A model generated the notes under the pieces. The model had not been told where the DNA came from and did not search any database. It saw only the letters and a program-made list of their open reading frames with translations. The position numbers and the translations under genes were made by a program. Shown one piece after another: positions 60,923-64,000 of a stretch of DNA of 64,000 nucleotides (the first letter of the stretch is position 1; every line of letters begins with the position of its first letter). Source of the stretch: Pedobacter sp. (lineage in GTDB: Bacteria; Bacteroidota; Bacteroidia; Sphingobacteriales; Sphingobacteriaceae); NCBI RefSeq assembly GCF_965279535.1, contig NZ_OZ257244.1, positions 4,874,713-4,938,712 on the forward strand, written 5' to 3'.

Positions 60923-63358
60923 ATGAAAAAATTTTCCCTGTTTTTTTCCCTGGCATGCAGTGCTGTTTTCTCTTTTGCGCAAGAACGAAAGGCACCTGCA
61001 TACCCGCTTATTACACACGATCCATATTTTAGTGTTTGGTCTTTCAGCGATCAGCTGAATGAGTCGCCCACCAGACACTGGACAGGCGCTACGCAATCCT
61101 TAATCGGGATGATCAAAGTAGATGGCAAAACCTACAGTTTTTTAGGAAACGTAGATAAAACTTATATTTCTGTTGTACCAGGGGCCGATGAAAAGCCTTA
61201 TCAGGCAAAGTATACCGAACAAAAACCTGCCAATGGATGGGAGAAAACCAATTTTGATGATCAGCAGTGGAAAACCGGAACGGGTACTTTTGGCGATGGA
61301 CAGGCGAAAACACAATGGAGAACAGATAATATATGGTTAAGAAGAACATTTGATGTAACTGAAATCCCCAATCAGCAACTGAGCCTTAAAATTAGTCATG
61401 ACGATAATGCAGAAGTGTTCTTAAACGGAGAATCTATTTATGATTGTCAGTGCTTCGTGGGCAAATATATTTATGTTCCGATTGATCGTAGCAAACTTAA
61501 GAAAGGGCAAAATGTTTTGGCTATCCATGTTAGAAATACAGGTGGCGGCCAATTTATTGATGCAGGCATTGTATACGAAAAACCAGCTGCACAATTGCAA
61601 AATTTAATTGCTGCAAAACAGACAGATGTAAAGATCAACGCTACGCAGACAACTTACAATTTTAACTGTGGAAAAGTCGATTTAGAAGTGGCTTTTACAT
61701 CACCGCTTTTAATGAACGACCTTAATTTATTAGCCAGACCGGTTTCTTATGTAAACTTCAAGGTAAGGGCCAATGATGGCAAAGCCCATCAGGCAGAAGT
61801 TTATTTCGGGGCTTCATCAGATTTGGCTGTGAATACTAAATTTCAGGAAGTAGAAGCCAAAAGCTATACCAGTGGAAACTTATCCATCCTTAAAGCAGGT
61901 ACTGTAGAACAACCTGTTTTAAAGAAAAAGGGAGATGATGTGAGGATTGATTGGGGATATGCATATGTAGCGCTAAATCAAAAGGATGGAAAACAATATT
62001 TAACAACAGATCCTACCGCCTTTATCCAGGGAAAGTTGAATGCTACACCTGCATTGAAGGGTAAAAGCTTAACCTTGGCAACGGTGATGCCTTTTACGGT
62101 GAATGGTCAAAAGATTGCAGAGAAGCAGGTTTTGGTGGCATATGATGATTTGTATGCAGTTCAATATTTTGGTGAAAACCTTCGGTCATGGTGGAATAAA
62201 GATGGCAACAAGAAAATAGAAAATGTATTGACCGAGGCGGCAACATCGTACCCCGCTGTACTGCAAAAATGCGCTGCTTTTAACCATACATTTCATACTG
62301 ATAACGTAAAAGCAGGTGGGGAGAAATATGCCAAATTGAATGATATTGCCTATCGCCAGGCCATTTCCGCTCACAAACTGGTGCAGGCACCAAATGGAGA
62401 TATCTTATTTTTATCAAAGGAAAATTTCAGCAATGGCTCAATCAATACTGTTGATGTGACTTATCCGTCTGCACCTCTTTTTTTAACCTACAATCCCGAT
62501 TTATTGAAAGGAATGCTGAATGGTATTTTCTACTACAGTGAAAGTGGGAAATGGAAAAAACCTTTTGCAGCACACGATTTAGGAACTTATCCATTAGCAA
62601 ACGGTCAAACATATGGAGAGGATATGCCGGTAGAGGAGTCAGGTAATATGATCATTCTTACAGCAGCAATTGCCAAAGTAGAAGGAAATGCCGATTACGC
62701 TAAAAAACACTGGCAAACCCTGAGCGTTTGGGCAGATTACCTGAGTAAAGAAGGTTTCGATCCTGCAAATCAGCTGTGTACAGATGATTTTGCTGGTCAT
62801 TTGGCCAGAAACACCAATCTTTCAGTTAAAGCGATAGTGGGTTTAGGTGGCTACGGTATGCTGGCTAAAATGTTGGGAAAAGCTGAAGAAGCCAATAAGT
62901 ATACCCTTATGGCTAAAGATATGTCAGCAAAATGGATTCAAATGGCCAATGATGGTGATCACTTTGCCTTAACATTCGATAAAAAGAATACCTGGAGCCA
63001 AAAATATAACCTGGTTTGGGATAAGGTTTTAAATCTTGATATTTTCCCTAAAGAAGTATATAAAAAAGAGATCGATTTTTACCTGACCAGGCAAAATGCG
63101 TTTGGACTTCCTTTAGACAGTCGAAAAACGTATACCAAATCAGATTGGATTATGTGGACAGCAACTTTGACGGATAATCGTGCTGATTTCGATAAATTTA
63201 TCAACCCGATCTATAAATTCTCGGTAGAAACGCCAACGCGTGTGCCACTAAGCGATTGGCATGAAACCACAGATGGAAAGCAAGTAGGTTTCCAGGCCAG
63301 GAGCGTGGTTGGTGGTTATGCCATAAAGCTATTGGATTCAAAATTGAATAACAGGTGA
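60923..63358 (+). CDS. Glutaminase-A-like (DUF5127/DUF4964/DUF4965/DUF1793) secreted protein with an inserted sugar-binding-like domain
   Basis: RKAPAYPLITHDPYFSVWS, FLSKENFSNGSINTVDV, AAHDLGTYP, MPVEESGNM, QLCTDDFAGH, YSQ-type TWSQKYNL and YTKSDW. Confidence 0.85.
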   Translation: MKKFSLFFSLACSAVFSFAQERKAPAYPLITHDPYFSVWSFSDQLNESPTRHWTGATQSLIGMIKVDGKTYSFLGNVDKTYISVVPGADEKPYQAKYTEQKPANGWEKTNFDDQQWKTGTGTFGDGQAKTQWRTDNIWLRRTFDVTEIPNQQLSLKISHDDNAEVFLNGESIYDCQCFVGKYIYVPIDRSKLKKGQNVLAIHVRNTGGGQFIDAGIVYEKPAAQLQNLIAAKQTDVKINATQTTYNFNCGKVDLEVAFTSPLLMNDLNLLARPVSYVNFKVRANDGKAHQAEVYFGASSDLAVNTKFQEVEAKSYTSGNLSILKAGTVEQPVLKKKGDDVRIDWGYAYVALNQKDGKQYLTTDPTAFIQGKLNATPALKGKSLTLATVMPFTVNGQKIAEKQVLVAYDDLYAVQYFGENLRSWWNKDGNKKIENVLTEAATSYPAVLQKCAAFNHTFHTDNVKAGGEKYAKLNDIAYRQAISAHKLVQAPNGDILFLSKENFSNGSINTVDVTYPSAPLFLTYNPDLLKGMLNGIFYYSESGKWKKPFAAHDLGTYPLANGQTYGEDMPVEESGNMIILTAAIAKVEGNADYAKKHWQTLSVWADYLSKEGFDPANQLCTDDFAGHLARNTNLSVKAIVGLGGYGMLAKMLGKAEEANKYTLMAKDMSAKWIQMANDGDHFALTFDKKNTWSQKYNLVWDKVLNLDIFPKEVYKKEIDFYLTRQNAFGLPLDSRKTYTKSDWIMWTATLTDNRADFDKFINPIYKFSVETPTRVPLSDWHETTDGKQVGFQARSVVGGYAIKLLDSKLNNR

Positions 63359-64000
63359 TATTGAAAAAATATAGTTTTCTTATCCTGGCCCTTGCTTTGA
63401 GCCTGGGCCAGGCTTTTAGTAAAGGAATTGAGCTTAAATCCGGCATTTATTCCGTTACTGATACCATTGCGGTTGCAGACCCCACTATTTTCTTAGATAA
63501 AGGAATTTATTATTTATATGGTACGAGCAGTGATGACGGATTTCTGGTTTATCAATCAACCGACCTGAAGAAATGGTCAGGTCCTGTAGGTAAAAATAGC
63601 GGCGGATTTGCGCTTTCTAAGGGTCAAAGTTTTGGAACCAAGGGATTCTGGGCACCACAAGTATTTAAGCAAGGAGCGAAATATTTTATGGCTTACACTG
63701 CAAATGAGCGAATTGCCATTGCCGAAAGCGATAACCCATTGGGGCCATTTAAGCAAAAAGAATTAAAGCCCTTACCAGCCGATGGTTTGCAGATAGATCC
63801 CTTCGTTTTTAAAGACAATGATGGGAAGTTTTACTTATACCATGTACGGTTATCCAAAGGAAATAGAATCTTTGTAGCAGAACTAAATGCTGATTTTTCT
63901 GCGGTAAGGGAAGAAACCTTAAAAGAATGCATTACCGCTACCCAAACCTGGGAAAATACACAAGCTGTAAATTGGTCCGTTACTGAAGGCCCTACCGTTA
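63355..64000 (+). CDS. GH43 glycoside hydrolase, 3'-truncated by the window edge (absent from the ORF track)
   Basis: GTG start overlapping the upstream TGA, signal peptide, ADPTIF, FWAPQV, IDPFVFKD and EGP motifs. Open to the end of the window. Confidence 0.88.
   Translation, partial: MILKKYSFLILALALSLGQAFSKGIELKSGIYSVTDTIAVADPTIFLDKGIYYLYGTSSDDGFLVYQSTDLKKWSGPVGKNSGGFALSKGQSFGTKGFWAPQVFKQGAKYFMAYTANERIAIAESDNPLGPFKQKELKPLPADGLQIDPFVFKDNDGKFYLYHVRLSKGNRIFVAELNADFSAVREETLKECITATQTWENTQAVNWSVTEGPTV

Noticed and set aside
598-63446. Many 60-150-aa ORFs nested in or antisense to long genes (e.g. 598-870, 2129-2536, 14419-14739, 45591-46052, 48262-48630, 52932-53300)
   Set aside because: They are fully overlapped by well-supported CDSs and have no recognisable motifs; expected shadow ORFs.
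1-64000. CRISPR arrays, tRNA/rRNA genes, transposases, integrases, prophage genes
   Set aside because: No regularly spaced repeats, cloverleaf or rRNA signatures, or DDE/tyrosine-recombinase motifs were seen by eye. Covariance-model searches were not run.

Overview
64 kb of AT-rich Bacteroidota DNA; gene content and TAnnTTTG promoter elements point to Sphingobacteriaceae (Pedobacter-like, an inference). It is a run of nutrient-uptake loci. (1) The 3' end of a SusD/Met-zincin/TlpA/amidohydrolase locus that looks peptide-directed. (2) An M60 peptidase divergent from an ECF-sigma/FecR/SusC/SusD/GH95 PUL. (3) A YegD-like Hsp70 and an HxlR/NmrA pair. (4) A scattered HTCS-controlled PUL (SusC, SusD with a Gly/Thr/Ala-rich insert, DUF5017-like, GH16, sugar kinase, beta-helix+PDZ protein) whose promoters share a direct-repeat site. 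(5) A SusC/SusD/two-arylsulfatase locus. (6) A putative Zur-controlled MerC/ABC/triple DUF3299-like operon. (7) A split HTCS with a SusC/SusD/DUF3823/glutaminase-like/GH43 PUL running off the end. The most interesting signal is below the ORF-track cutoff: a 29-aa ORF ending MRMCCCC-stop (37755-37844). It lies just after a consensus promoter and a palindromic operator and heads the sulfatase locus, so it is a candidate cysteine-sensing leader peptide. No rRNA, tRNA, CRISPR array or transposase was seen. All family assignments come from motif recognition by eye, not from database searches.
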